DNA from: an uncultured Bacilli bacterium
GTDB taxonomy: Bacteria > Bacillota_I > Bacilli_A > RF39 > UBA660
Assembly: GCA_947630575.1 (NCBI GenBank)
Contig: CANRIB010000003.1
Coordinates: 15,670-79,669 of the forward strand
Direction: 5' to 3'
DNA: 64,000 bases
In this document: piece after piece, positions 27,450 through 37,806 of the stretch
Layout of the letters: each line of letters begins with the position of its first letter
Position numbering within the stretch: the stretch's first letter is position 1
Program-made: the position numbers and the translations under genes
The notes under the pieces: generated by a model
The model's database searches: none
What the model was told of the DNA's origin: nothing
Seen by the model: only the letters and a program-made list of their open reading frames with translations

Positions 27450-28883
27450 ATGAAGAAAAAAGAAAAAAAGTATGGTTTACTTAAAGGAGTCGTAATATTA
27501 GTTCTTATAACTTTAATTCTTTCATGGGTAATTCCAAGTGGTGAATTTGCTGCCAGTGGTTTCGCAAGTGATGGAGTTCCAACAAGAATAGGTTTAAACA
27601 ATTTAGTCTGGCTAATTTATTATGGCTTATATTTTAGTATTGATAAAATCATCATGTTATTAGTTATCGGTGGTTTATATGGAGTTCTTGGTAAAATTAA
27701 GGGATATAATAAACTAGTTACCAACATTGCCTCTAAACTAAAAAAACATAAAAAAGTAACAGTAATATTATTCTCTATTATTATTGCTGCCTTAACAAGC
27801 GTTTTAACTCAGACCTTTGTAGTAATAATATTCATTCCATTTATTGTAGCTATATTAAAAAGAATGAATCTCGACAAACTAACTATTTTAGCCACAACTT
27901 TTGGTTCTATTATGGTTGGAGTATTAGGAGCAACATATGGAACTGAAGGTTTACTATATTTAAGCGAATACATGATAACTGGTGAACAAACAGTTGGGGA
28001 TGTTATTCACATGGGCTTATTAGTTCGTGCTGGTATTTTAGCTATAGGTTTAGTACTATTCAATTTCTTTACTATAGTTCATATGGATAAAGTAAAAAAC
28101 AAAGAAGAAAGTGCTGAAATGTTTGAAATCGAAGAAACAGAAGACACTAAAAAAGCTTATCGTATTCCAATTATTATTTTAGGAATTATAACTTTTGTTA
28201 TAGTTATATTAGCATTTATTAATTGGAATAATAATTTTGGCTTAACTATATTTGAAGATTTCCATGATGAAGTATTTAATATTAAACTTGGTAAGGATTT
28301 CTATATTTTTAAAGATTTATTAGGCGCTAATATGGATGCACTTGGAGCTTGGGATTTATTTTCAATTACAGGACTCATCTTATTATTTACTGGTATTTTA
28401 GCAATATGCTATCGTGTAAAATTTGATGAATTAGTTGAAGGATATATAAATGGTATTAAAAAGATGTTAAAACCAATTGCTTGTGTTTTTGGGGCTTTCA
28501 CATTATTAGTAGTAGTTTATATGTCACCATATGTAGCAACAATAATAAATAAACTCTTTACTTTAACAGATGGGTTTAATTTAGCAACAATGAGTTTATC
28601 TGCTCTCTTAAGTAATATTCTTCATACTGATTTAGGATATACAGGCTATGTACTAGGCTCATATTTAACAACTGAATATATTGATTATATTAATCCAATA
28701 TATATAATATTTACATCTCTATATGGCTTTGTTCAATTCTTTATTCCAACAAGTATTATTTTAGGTATTGGTTTAACATCATTAAATGTTAAATATACTG
28801 ATTGGTTAAAACATATTTGGAAATTCTTAGTTGGAATGTTAATTTGCTTATTAATAATCTTCATATTAATAACAATATTATAG
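27450..28883 (+). CDS. YfcC-family (DcuC-like) polytopic membrane transporter
   Basis: 477-aa multi-TM protein. The N-terminus ...VILVLITLILSWVIPSGEF is typical of YfcC-like carriers. A GGAGGG RBS is present. Confidence 0.6.
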   Translation: MKKKEKKYGLLKGVVILVLITLILSWVIPSGEFAASGFASDGVPTRIGLNNLVWLIYYGLYFSIDKIIMLLVIGGLYGVLGKIKGYNKLVTNIASKLKKHKKVTVILFSIIIAALTSVLTQTFVVIIFIPFIVAILKRMNLDKLTILATTFGSIMVGVLGATYGTEGLLYLSEYMITGEQTVGDVIHMGLLVRAGILAIGLVLFNFFTIVHMDKVKNKEESAEMFEIEETEDTKKAYRIPIIILGIITFVIVILAFINWNNNFGLTIFEDFHDEVFNIKLGKDFYIFKDLLGANMDALGAWDLFSITGLILLFTGILAICYRVKFDELVEGYINGIKKMLKPIACVFGAFTLLVVVYMSPYVATIINKLFTLTDGFNLATMSLSALLSNILHTDLGYTGYVLGSYLTTEYIDYINPIYIIFTSLYGFVQFFIPTSIILGIGLTSLNVKYTDWLKHIWKFLVGMLICLLIIFILITIL

Positions 28884-28920
28884 GAAGCTTAAAGCTTCTT
28901 TTTTGTTGCAATAAAGGGAC

Positions 28921-28949
28921 TTGAAAAAATGTTTGCATCATGCTATAAT
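28921..28949 (+). promoter_or_regulatory. sigma-A-type promoter of the Tad-like operon
   Basis: TTGAAA (28921-28926), 17 nt, then extended -10 TGcTATAAT (28941-28949). It lies just after the terminator of the upstream transporter gene (gaagctt/aagcttc + T6, 28884-28905). Confidence 0.6.
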
Positions 28950-28973
28950 TAGAAGCAGAGGTTGGTGTATACT

Positions 28974-29738
28974 ATGAAAAATTTTAAAGTATTAGCTTTA
29001 ATATTATTCATGCTTTTTGTTAGTAAGCCCGTAGTAAATGCCGCATGTTCCGTTGAAGAGAACAGTAAACTATACAAAGAAGCCAGTAATGTTAAAGTAA
29101 GTTATGAAGTGCTTCAGCGCGATGCATCCAATGATCCAGGATTCAATTTCCCTGATGGAATGACTGATGAACAAATCGAAAATTTTACTTGGATGGAAGA
29201 TTATTTTCGGATTTACATTTCAAATTTAACAACAAATTTATATGTAGAAGTTAAAAATAATGTAACTGATGAAGTAAAAACATATAGCTATAGTGATTCT
29301 AATAATGGAATTGTATCATTTGACCAAATGGACAAAGAGCAAATATATAATTACACCGTTACTGTATATAGTTCCATTAATACTAATTGTGAGGGTACAA
29401 AATTATATACCGCTTACACATCAACACCTATGTTCAACTATGTAAGTGATGAGCCCGCTTGTGAAGGTGTCGAAGAATTTTATGCTTGTAAAAAATGGTT
29501 ATCCGTTCCAATTACTAATATGGAAACATTATATGACCGCATTGAGAAATATAAAGAAGGTTTAATTGACAAAGATGGTGAAGAAAAAGAAGAACCATCA
29601 AAAGAAGAAGAAAAGGGATTTAAAAAATTTGTTAAAGAGAATAAAGCAATTATAATTGCTACAACAGTATGCATTGTAGCAGTAGGGGGATTAGTTACAG
29701 TGATAATAGTAAAAAAGCAAAGGAGTAAGAGAATATGA
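28974..29738 (+). CDS. exported type I membrane protein (signal peptide + C-terminal TM), first gene of the Tad-like operon
   Basis: Signal peptide MKNFKVLALILFMLFVSKPVVNA|AC, six further Cys, a C-terminal E/K-rich linker and TM AIIIATTVCIVAVGGLVTVIIV+KKQRSKR. Its stop overlaps the next start (ATGA). Confidence 0.65.
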   Translation: MKNFKVLALILFMLFVSKPVVNAACSVEENSKLYKEASNVKVSYEVLQRDASNDPGFNFPDGMTDEQIENFTWMEDYFRIYISNLTTNLYVEVKNNVTDEVKTYSYSDSNNGIVSFDQMDKEQIYNYTVTVYSSINTNCEGTKLYTAYTSTPMFNYVSDEPACEGVEEFYACKKWLSVPITNMETLYDRIEKYKEGLIDKDGEEKEEPSKEEEKGFKKFVKENKAIIIATTVCIVAVGGLVTVIIVKKQRSKRI

Positions 29739-32700
29739 AAAAAATCTTAAAAAATGCTAATTTATTCATTATTACAATACTTTCATTATTTATCTTTAAT
29801 GTAAAAGCAAATGCTGCTTGTAAAGTAAATACCAAAGATTGCGATCCAAGAAGCGCAGAAAGATATGGCAATATTTATATTACTGGTGAAGATCCAGTAG
29901 GATGGATAAGAAATACTTATGATTCACAAACAACTAAAACCAATAAACATTTTGTTGGTTCTGGAAATCCTCATGTTCAAAAAGAAAATCACTGGAAGCT
30001 AAGTCAAATGGGAGTTACTAAACATGGAAAACATGGATCAGGTGTATTTTCTGTTTATGCCGATCAATATAATTTTCCATTATATTGTTTTGATGCTCAT
30101 AAAATAGGTTATCAATCATTATTTGCCAAAAGATTTTTAATAAATGGTTATGAAAATACAAGCCATGTTGAAATATTTGACCATGCCTTAATGGCAATTT
30201 TAACTTCAGGAAATAACACAATTGCTAATAGTGTTTCATCAGTTAAAAATTATTGGGCTAAATTATTAGCTTTAAGAGGTGTAATAGCCACTTTTGGATA
30301 TTTATCAAGACAAACATCAAGTACATATGATACTGATATATTCTTAGTTTATGGAACTGCCTACAATTGGTTAACTGAAAATAATAATGCGTTATATAAT
30401 AAATTACACGCAGTGGATTCCCATATTGCTAAATTATCAGACATGAATACATATCGAACTTATGGTGGCAGTACACATTACTTTAGTGGTGGACAAGTTA
30501 GTGCAGCTAAAAGCTTATTTATTAAAGGAATTAATGCGGCGATTGACTTTGCCAAAAATCCAACTAAAAAAGTTAGTGCTCAAAATGTAAGTACTCCAAG
30601 TTATGGTGAAAAAGTAGAAAGTCTTAGTCCATCAGGAGATACTATTGTTAGCCAAGATATAGTCCACAAAATTAAAATTAACAATTTAACTAATAGTGCA
30701 GCAACATTAATAGTTAATGATCCTACCTATACAGGTACAGTGCCAAAAGGAATAACAACTCCTCCAACTGTTACAAAAATAAAAATAGGGGATAAAGAAC
30801 TAGATCATTCTGCAGTTGGTCAAAATTTAATTCCATTATCTGGAGCTGATTTCAGTAAAGAAGTTGTTGTTGAAATCACTGTTCATATTGAAGGAAGAAA
30901 AGAAGCTTTTGTAGATACTTCCAATTTAGGAGCAATTTCTCCAGGAGAAGTATTAAAGTGTGGTCAACAACCTATCGAATACGAATTAAAAGTTAAATAT
31001 GATAATAAAGAAAAAAGAGATTATTCTGATTGGGTTGGTGTTGTATGGCAATCAGTTGAGTCAAATTCTCAACGTTATGTAGCAATATATCCAAACGGAA
31101 ATAAAACAGATAGTACTGAACAAGAATTAATTTCTAAAGGTTCAACTGAATTAATTCCACAGTGTGATTGCAAAGATTTAGAAAAATCATGTGAAGTTGA
31201 AGCTAAAGAAACAGGAAACTTAGATGGCCCAGCATGTCAAGAATTAAAAGATTCTAACTGTGGTGATTGTAGTATAATTGAAATTGCATGTGATGTATTA
31301 AAAGATCCAGAAGCTTGTGACGAAAAATATAAATCTTGCGATGTAACATGTAAAACAGAAGTAGATGAATTTGATTGTTGTGATTATTCTGGTGATACAG
31401 CCCATTTAATTGTTGAAGGGGAAAATATACCAGTTAATATTAACGGCCCAGAAGAATCATATGGTTGTTTCGTCGTTGGCGTAGATAAACAAAAAGAAGT
31501 ATCAATTCAAAGTAAAAGTTATGAACAATCTGGATATTCTAATGTAGAAGGTGTTAAAGATGATACCGAAAAAAATACTTATACTTTAACTAAAAATAAA
31601 TATTGTTTAATTTCCTGCAAAGAAGATTATGCAATGTCTCTTCCAACAGCAAGACAAGTAAATGCTGGAAGATACTTTACTTTCAAAGCTCAAGTAAATG
31701 GTACTAAAACATGCTACTCTAATACAATTGATGTGAAACAATTTAATGTAGATATAGGTGATATTGCAAAAGAAATGGAGACGGCTTTAAATAAATATAT
31801 TACTTATAAATATGTTTATGACAATGCTTCAAATTTACTTGACGAACATAAATATAAAGGCGCAAGAACACCTTTACTTGGATGTGGATGTATACCTGAT
31901 AGTTCAAAAGATAAATCAGGAGTAAGTACTAATATACGAGTACCACACTATCAATTTACAATTTCCGAACCAAGTGTAAAATCTATATCAATTCAATACA
32001 CAGCAGCATCAAATTCAAGCTATACATATAATTATACAAATGATTATATTGCAAATTCTATTGAAGATGTTAAGAACTATATCGAAAAAGGGCAATCAGG
32101 AACAACTGCTATTACAGATGGAGGATACTCTTATCAATGTGATAGTCCATGTGGTAAAAATAGTACTACATTAGGAGATAATGCCCATGCTGGAAACCCT
32201 GAATTAGTTAAAGCTAGTCTTAAATATTACAGAGATTATTGGAAAAGCATATTTAATAAATTACAAGATAGATATAATGAACTATTAAAAGAATATGACG
32301 ATTGTTCCAATGATTCTTGGTCAAGTCATTTAAATTATGACCCTAAAATTTATTATAATTATGAAGAGAATTATTTAACAGAATTCTATAATAATTATGG
32401 CACTATGGTTGAATCAAGAGAAGAAGAAAAAACAAATAGTTGGTATTGTCAACCAGGAAAATTAAATGGTGAATATGAAAAAGAAAATTGTAGTTCTAAT
32501 ACAACAAATAGAAATCTACAAAGTATTAAGAGCATATCTTGTAATCTAGATTCAGGGAATATTGACACTATGTGTTCTAATCCAACAAAAAATTTACCTT
32601 ACATTGAATATATAAGTAAATCATCACAAATAACTGCTAATTATAAACCGGAAGTACTATTCTACAATGTTCATCCAAGTGGTGAAATTCTAGACAAAGA

Positions 32701-33643
32701 AAAAGCAAGTAGTAGAGATGATGTTACTCCAGTTACTGATAAAGAAGGAAATGGTGGTTTACCAGTATCCTTAAATACTGAACGAGGAATTTACAAATAT
32801 ACAATTAATATTCAAAAACTTGGTGAATTCTATAGTGATGATTGTAAAAATTCAAATTGTGAATTAGGTCGTTTAATTGGTGGTGGCGAAAATGCTGTTA
32901 TCAATGAAAAAGATTACGAAAAGATTGTTAAAAACAATATTGGTTCATATTCATGTGCATACTTAGTAAATATTAAAAATACTGAAGGTTGGGTATGTGA
33001 CTTTGATCAAGAATGTACAGACGATTGTATATCTGATTGTATAGGACCATATTGTGAACAAGAAATTTGTACAGGAGTTAATTGTATATCTGATTGTGTA
33101 GGTATTGGATGTATATATGATGTAGATGCTGGAAATTCATTTACTCAAAGAACTGTTAGCTTAAGTACATTATTCCCTAATGGAACAACATCTCCAAACT
33201 GGGATCGTTCAAAACCTAAAGCTCAAACTACAATTGATGAGATAGAAGGATTACAAAATAGTGTTTATGAACAACAACCAATATTAAGTATAAAACTTAC
33301 AGGTACTGCTGCTCGTGATATTCAAAAATATAATGCTGAAAATATTCCAGATGGTGATAATAACAGCGGTTCTTGGAACTTAGATTTAGAAACTCTAGGG
33401 GGATATTCAAATCATACTTTAGACTGTTATGCTTTAGGCGATTACAAAGAAGTTGCATGTTATAGTACATTTATTGATGATGTATTAGCAAACAAGTATG
33501 GTAAAATTGTTAATTCTAATAGTTTAATTGCCAATAGTAATTACCGAACTCGTGGTGATGTTAATGGTTCTAAAGATGAATACTTCGAAAAATGGACTGG
33601 AACTGTATCTGAAACTGATATGGTAGGACCAGCTTGGAAGTAA
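29735..33643 (+). CDS. giant exported Cys-rich protein (1302 aa)
   Basis: Signal peptide MKKILKNANLFIITILSLFIFNVKANA|AC. Two dense Cys clusters lie at about nt 31160-31390 and 32990-33125. No TM or sorting signal was seen at the C-terminus. Confidence 0.7.
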   Translation: MKKILKNANLFIITILSLFIFNVKANAACKVNTKDCDPRSAERYGNIYITGEDPVGWIRNTYDSQTTKTNKHFVGSGNPHVQKENHWKLSQMGVTKHGKHGSGVFSVYADQYNFPLYCFDAHKIGYQSLFAKRFLINGYENTSHVEIFDHALMAILTSGNNTIANSVSSVKNYWAKLLALRGVIATFGYLSRQTSSTYDTDIFLVYGTAYNWLTENNNALYNKLHAVDSHIAKLSDMNTYRTYGGSTHYFSGGQVSAAKSLFIKGINAAIDFAKNPTKKVSAQNVSTPSYGEKVESLSPSGDTIVSQDIVHKIKINNLTNSAATLIVNDPTYTGTVPKGITTPPTVTKIKIGDKELDHSAVGQNLIPLSGADFSKEVVVEITVHIEGRKEAFVDTSNLGAISPGEVLKCGQQPIEYELKVKYDNKEKRDYSDWVGVVWQSVESNSQRYVAIYPNGNKTDSTEQELISKGSTELIPQCDCKDLEKSCEVEAKETGNLDGPACQELKDSNCGDCSIIEIACDVLKDPEACDEKYKSCDVTCKTEVDEFDCCDYSGDTAHLIVEGENIPVNINGPEESYGCFVVGVDKQKEVSIQSKSYEQSGYSNVEGVKDDTEKNTYTLTKNKYCLISCKEDYAMSLPTARQVNAGRYFTFKAQVNGTKTCYSNTIDVKQFNVDIGDIAKEMETALNKYITYKYVYDNASNLLDEHKYKGARTPLLGCGCIPDSSKDKSGVSTNIRVPHYQFTISEPSVKSISIQYTAASNSSYTYNYTNDYIANSIEDVKNYIEKGQSGTTAITDGGYSYQCDSPCGKNSTTLGDNAHAGNPELVKASLKYYRDYWKSIFNKLQDRYNELLKEYDDCSNDSWSSHLNYDPKIYYNYEENYLTEFYNNYGTMVESREEEKTNSWYCQPGKLNGEYEKENCSSNTTNRNLQSIKSISCNLDSGNIDTMCSNPTKNLPYIEYISKSSQITANYKPEVLFYNVHPSGEILDKEKASSRDDVTPVTDKEGNGGLPVSLNTERGIYKYTINIQKLGEFYSDDCKNSNCELGRLIGGGENAVINEKDYEKIVKNNIGSYSCAYLVNIKNTEGWVCDFDQECTDDCISDCIGPYCEQEICTGVNCISDCVGIGCIYDVDAGNSFTQRTVSLSTLFPNGTTSPNWDRSKPKAQTTIDEIEGLQNSVYEQQPILSIKLTGTAARDIQKYNAENIPDGDNNSGSWNLDLETLGGYSNHTLDCYALGDYKEVACYSTFIDDVLANKYGKIVNSNSLIANSNYRTRGDVNGSKDEYFEKWTGTVSETDMVGPAWK

Positions 33644-33663
33644 TAGGAAAGGAGTTTTAAAAT

Positions 33664-34074
33664 ATGTCAAGTTCTTATTGGGGTTACTGGTTAGTTGTTT
33701 TAGGCGTTGCTATTGTTGGACTTATTACAGTAGTAAACGGTATAACAACTACCACAACCCAAGATTATTTAAGTATAAAAGAAATAACTGATGCCTCAAT
33801 GTTAGAATCTGTAGACTACGGTTATTATAGAGATTACAACGAAGTTAGAATCAATAAAGAAAAGTTTATGGAAGTCTTTATTAGAAGACTTTCTCAAACA
33901 ATGCAACTACAAGATGAATACGAAGTTAATTTTTATGGAATTTATGAAGCACCTCCAAAAGTAAGTGTAGAAATAAAGAGTTCAACTGGCTCCACAGCTA
34001 TGGCTGCTGGCGGAATGGATGTAATAACTAGATATAATGGCATACTTCAAGTTCATTCACAAGATGGAAAATAG
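33664..34074 (+). CDS. small N-terminally anchored protein (136 aa), possible minor pilin/pseudopilin-like component
   Basis: Single N-terminal hydrophobic segment (YWGYWLVVLGVAIVGLITVVNG) then a Thr run. It sits immediately upstream of the CpaB-like gene. No Flp or TadE consensus is visible. Confidence 0.4.
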   Translation: MSSSYWGYWLVVLGVAIVGLITVVNGITTTTTQDYLSIKEITDASMLESVDYGYYRDYNEVRINKEKFMEVFIRRLSQTMQLQDEYEVNFYGIYEAPPKVSVEIKSSTGSTAMAAGGMDVITRYNGILQVHSQDGK

Positions 34075-34083
34075 GAGGATAAA

Positions 34084-34890
34084 ATGGGAAATATTATAAC
34101 AACACTAAAAAGATTTTTAGCCAACAAAAATACTGTTACAATTATTGGTGTGTTGTTAGGCTTAGTGGTACTTTTTATAGGATATAATTATCGTGTAAAT
34201 AACGCAGTAGAAACGCAAGTAATTCCATATGCAACAAGAACTATTACTGCTACTTCAGAAATTACTAAAGATGCAGTAAGTACTATGGAAGTACTTCGTT
34301 CTACAGTTAAAGATAATACTGCAATAATTTCAAATATCAACTCAGTTTTAAATACTAACGAAACATATTGTGCTTCAGATCGAAGCAATATTCCAGCTGG
34401 TAGTTTCTTCTATACTGAACAAGTAATTCGTTGTGAAGATGTTGCTAATAATGCTCTAAAAAGAATGCCAGACGACTATAGAGCCGTTAATTTACCAGTA
34501 GATTTACAAGACACATACGGAAATTCTATGTATCCTGGAGATTTTATTGATATTTATGCTAAGATGGACATAGATGGAAAATTATTTTATGGTGAATTTA
34601 TTACTAAATTGCCAATCTTAGATGTTCGTGATAGCAATGGTCGTAGTGTATTCTATGGCAATAATCAAAATACTACTCCTGCCTTATTATTATTTGCTTG
34701 CCCTAAGGAATTATATGAATTATTAAGTAGTGCTATATTATTAGGAACTAGCAAAGTAGAATTAATACCTGTTCCTGGTAATGCTAGATATACAAGTGAA
34801 GAAGGAGAAACTGAAATTACCAGCGAGTTCATTAGAGACCGTATTGAATACTATCTAATGCATGACCCTGGAAGTACATCAATAGAATAA
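34084..34890 (+). CDS. CpaB/RcpC-like (SAF-domain) pilus assembly protein
   Basis: N-terminal TM (VTIIGVLLGLVVLFIGY) is followed by VIPYATRTITATSEITKDAVSTMEV, which resembles the SAF domain of CpaB. The gene is directly upstream of the ATPase. Confidence 0.5.
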   Translation: MGNIITTLKRFLANKNTVTIIGVLLGLVVLFIGYNYRVNNAVETQVIPYATRTITATSEITKDAVSTMEVLRSTVKDNTAIISNINSVLNTNETYCASDRSNIPAGSFFYTEQVIRCEDVANNALKRMPDDYRAVNLPVDLQDTYGNSMYPGDFIDIYAKMDIDGKLFYGEFITKLPILDVRDSNGRSVFYGNNQNTTPALLLFACPKELYELLSSAILLGTSKVELIPVPGNARYTSEEGETEITSEFIRDRIEYYLMHDPGSTSIE

Positions 34891-34925
34891 AAATAAAAAA
34901 AGAATAAAATAAAGGAGGTGTTATA

Positions 34926-36017
34926 ATGAATGATGCAATATTTTCCCAAATAGATTTTGGACCTTTAAAAGAATTTATTGACATAGATGATATCACCGAT
35001 ATATCTTACACCAATGGTGGTCAAGTTTGGTTAAAATCATTAACTAAAGGTGTATATCGTGTTGATAGGCCGGAAATAAATAATGCGTTAATTGAAAAAT
35101 TAGCATTTCAATGTTCAAACGTCATGGGAAAAACATTCAATATGGCACATCCTTTTTTAGATGCTGAAAGTACTGAATTGCGTTTAAATTTCGTCCATGA
35201 TTCGATTGCTACTAATGGAATTGCTTTAGTTATTCGTAAAACTCCCGCTAAAATACGTTTAAATAGGGATAAATTATTAAATGAAGAATACGTAAGCGCC
35301 GATTTACTTGATTTTCTTCTTAACTGTGTTCAAGGCCATGCCAATATTATTGTAAGTGGAGAAACTGGTTCAGGTAAAACTGAATTAGTAAAATATTTAG
35401 CTAGTACAACCAAAGAAAATGAGAAAATAATTACTATCGAAGATACTCTAGAACTTCACTTAGATAGAATATTTCCTCATCGGGATATAGTTGCCATGAA
35501 GACTAATAATATTGCTTCCTATTCTGATGTTTTAGTAACATGTATGCGACAAAATCCTATTTGGATTTTATTATCCGAGGTTAGAAGTGCTGAAGCAGTT
35601 ATGGCTGTTCGTAACTCAATTTCATCTGGACACCATATCATATCTACTATTCACTCAGATAAAGCTGCTTTAATTCCTATGCGTATGTACAGTTTAATAG
35701 AATCAAATATTGATGTTGACCAATTTTTAACAACAATTCATCGATATGTTCAAATAGGAATTTATGTAAAAGGGTATATGAGCGAAAAATTAGGTAGATT
35801 TCAAAGAGAAATTATGGAAATATGCGAGTTTTATGTTGATGATAATAATAAACCTCAAGTCAACACCATCTATCAAAAAACATTGGATGGTAATTTTACC
35901 TTAAATAATCCAACTAAATATTTAAAAAATTATTTATCTATTCAAGGGGTTATCTTAGATGATGATTTATTCCATCTAAATAATAACAAAGTTAATAACG
36001 AAATCGAAGCATTATAA
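34926..36017 (+). CDS. CpaF/TadA/VirB11-family secretion ATPase
   Basis: N-terminal ITDISYTNGGQVWL, Walker A GETGSGKT, Asp box IITIEDTLEL, Walker B-like IWILLSEVRSAEA and His box GHHIISTIHSD. Confidence 0.8.
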   Translation: MNDAIFSQIDFGPLKEFIDIDDITDISYTNGGQVWLKSLTKGVYRVDRPEINNALIEKLAFQCSNVMGKTFNMAHPFLDAESTELRLNFVHDSIATNGIALVIRKTPAKIRLNRDKLLNEEYVSADLLDFLLNCVQGHANIIVSGETGSGKTELVKYLASTTKENEKIITIEDTLELHLDRIFPHRDIVAMKTNNIASYSDVLVTCMRQNPIWILLSEVRSAEAVMAVRNSISSGHHIISTIHSDKAALIPMRMYSLIESNIDVDQFLTTIHRYVQIGIYVKGYMSEKLGRFQREIMEICEFYVDDNNKPQVNTIYQKTLDGNFTLNNPTKYLKNYLSIQGVILDDDLFHLNNNKVNNEIEAL

Positions 36018-36030
36018 TAGGAGGTTAATT

Positions 36031-36927
36031 ATGGAATATATAATAGTAGTATTAATTGCTTTATTTATAATTGTATATCGTAAAAATGACGGTACAGATT
36101 CTTTTTATAATTTTGTTAAAAAGCAATTTAATGCAGTATACAAAAGATATGCTCCATACAGTTATCAAACTATAAGTGCTAAAATGAAAGATTTAAAACA
36201 AGAATATACAATTAAAGATTACACTATTCAAGTTGTAGCTATAGGTGGCCTTGCTGGTGCTATAGCATATCTATACTTTTATAGTTTAATTTTAGTTATA
36301 GTCTATGCAGGAATTGCTATAGCGTTTATCCCATATCTAGCATATTTAAGAAGTAAAAGAATTTATAGTGAATATATATTTGAACAAATTCAAGTTTATA
36401 CAACCAATGTAATTATGGAATTTAATACAACTCAAAGTTTTGTTAAATCTCTTGAAGGTGTAAGAGATTCAGGAATTGTTGAAGATCCCGTATTAGAAGA
36501 TATTAAAACAATGATTAATATGTCATATCAAAATGGAACTATTGATGAATCAATCGAATATTTTAATCAAAAATATCCCTATTACATGGTAAAAAATATG
36601 CACCAATTATTTTTACAGATAACTAAAGAGGGTGCTAAAGACTCAGGTGAAGCTCTAGAAAATATGAGTATGGATATTGATGCTTTAGTTGAAGGTGTTT
36701 ATCGTGACCAAATGGATAGAAAACAATTCCATACCAAATTTATAACTTTCGCTTTAGTATTATTTTTATTAGTATTAGTAATGCAAGTTTTATTAGGTAA
36801 AAATAGTTATTTGGAACTTCTAGAATTATGGTATGTTCATATAATTTTACACGCTATAATAATTATAAATTGTTACTTCCTACTTACAGGCGAAAAATAC
36901 TATAATGATGATGTGGGGGTAGAATAA
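36031..36927 (+). CDS. TadB-like (T2SS-F family) inner-membrane platform protein
   Basis: Topology is an N-terminal TM, paired central TMs, a cytoplasmic helical domain of about 130 aa, then C-terminal TMs. It lies directly after the ATPase and is coupled to the next gene. Confidence 0.55.
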   Translation: MEYIIVVLIALFIIVYRKNDGTDSFYNFVKKQFNAVYKRYAPYSYQTISAKMKDLKQEYTIKDYTIQVVAIGGLAGAIAYLYFYSLILVIVYAGIAIAFIPYLAYLRSKRIYSEYIFEQIQVYTTNVIMEFNTTQSFVKSLEGVRDSGIVEDPVLEDIKTMINMSYQNGTIDESIEYFNQKYPYYMVKNMHQLFLQITKEGAKDSGEALENMSMDIDALVEGVYRDQMDRKQFHTKFITFALVLFLLVLVMQVLLGKNSYLELLELWYVHIILHAIIIINCYFLLTGEKYYNDDVGVE

Positions 36928-37715
36928 TGCAAATAGAAATCGCAATAGTTGCACTAATAATATTTTATATTTTAACCAAAAGTGGCAAAATTAGCATAAG
37001 TAAATTAATTGCCGATAATGAAATGTATCTTCGTCGATTAAAAGAAAGCGATTATGATTTTTATGTAAAAGCCAAGTATGGTGATTCTGTAAACCCAGAT
37101 ATTTTATTCAGTAAAAGACTTCAAAATGCTTTAATAGTAATGTTAGTAATATTCTGTTTATTATTAAAAAACATGTCTTATGTTTATTTAATAGTGTGTA
37201 TAGTTGCCGGTTTTGCTTTCTTTAAGCTTGATTACATAAACTTAAAGAATTATTATAAAAGGCATTTGCATGAAATAGATACTATGCTTCCATATTATTT
37301 AAAAGGTTTAGAAATATTGATTCAACATTATACCGTTCCTGTAGCCATTGGTAAATCATTAGAAGATGCTCCCGATATATTCAAAGATGGTCTAAAAGAA
37401 TTAATTAATGAAATTAATGCTGGTAATGATACAATAGAACCATATATGGAATTTGCTAGACAATATCCAGTTCGTGATTCTATGCGTATGATGCGTTTAT
37501 TATATCGTTTAAGTCTTGGACGTCAAGAAAGAAAACAAGAACAATTACTTGCATTTTCTAAAACAATTTCAAATTTACAACAAAAAGCTCGAGAAACAAA
37601 ATATAAAAATAGACTTGATAAAATGGAAAGTAAAACAATGAGTATGCTTGTTACTACTGGCTTAGGTGTTATGATTTTATTAGTTTTAGCGGTTATTACC
37701 ATGATGGGAATATAG
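36927..37715 (+). CDS. TadC-like (T2SS-F family) inner-membrane platform protein
   Basis: Same topology class as the previous gene. ATG overlaps the previous stop (TAATG). Confidence 0.55.
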   Translation: MQIEIAIVALIIFYILTKSGKISISKLIADNEMYLRRLKESDYDFYVKAKYGDSVNPDILFSKRLQNALIVMLVIFCLLLKNMSYVYLIVCIVAGFAFFKLDYINLKNYYKRHLHEIDTMLPYYLKGLEILIQHYTVPVAIGKSLEDAPDIFKDGLKELINEINAGNDTIEPYMEFARQYPVRDSMRMMRLLYRLSLGRQERKQEQLLAFSKTISNLQQKARETKYKNRLDKMESKTMSMLVTTGLGVMILLVLAVITMMGI

Positions 37716-37806
37716 ACAAAATTTGACATAAAAATAGTGAAAAACTTGACAAGTATCGTAAGATAATATAAAATATAGATATAAATAAGAAAGCGAGGGA
37801 ATTAAT

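Noticed and set aside
30060-30130. The PLYCFDAHKIGY segment of the giant protein recalled the Cys motif of thioester (TQxA) adhesin domains.
   Set aside because: I could not find the partner TQ motif or other domain landmarks by eye. This needs an HMM or structure test before it can be claimed.
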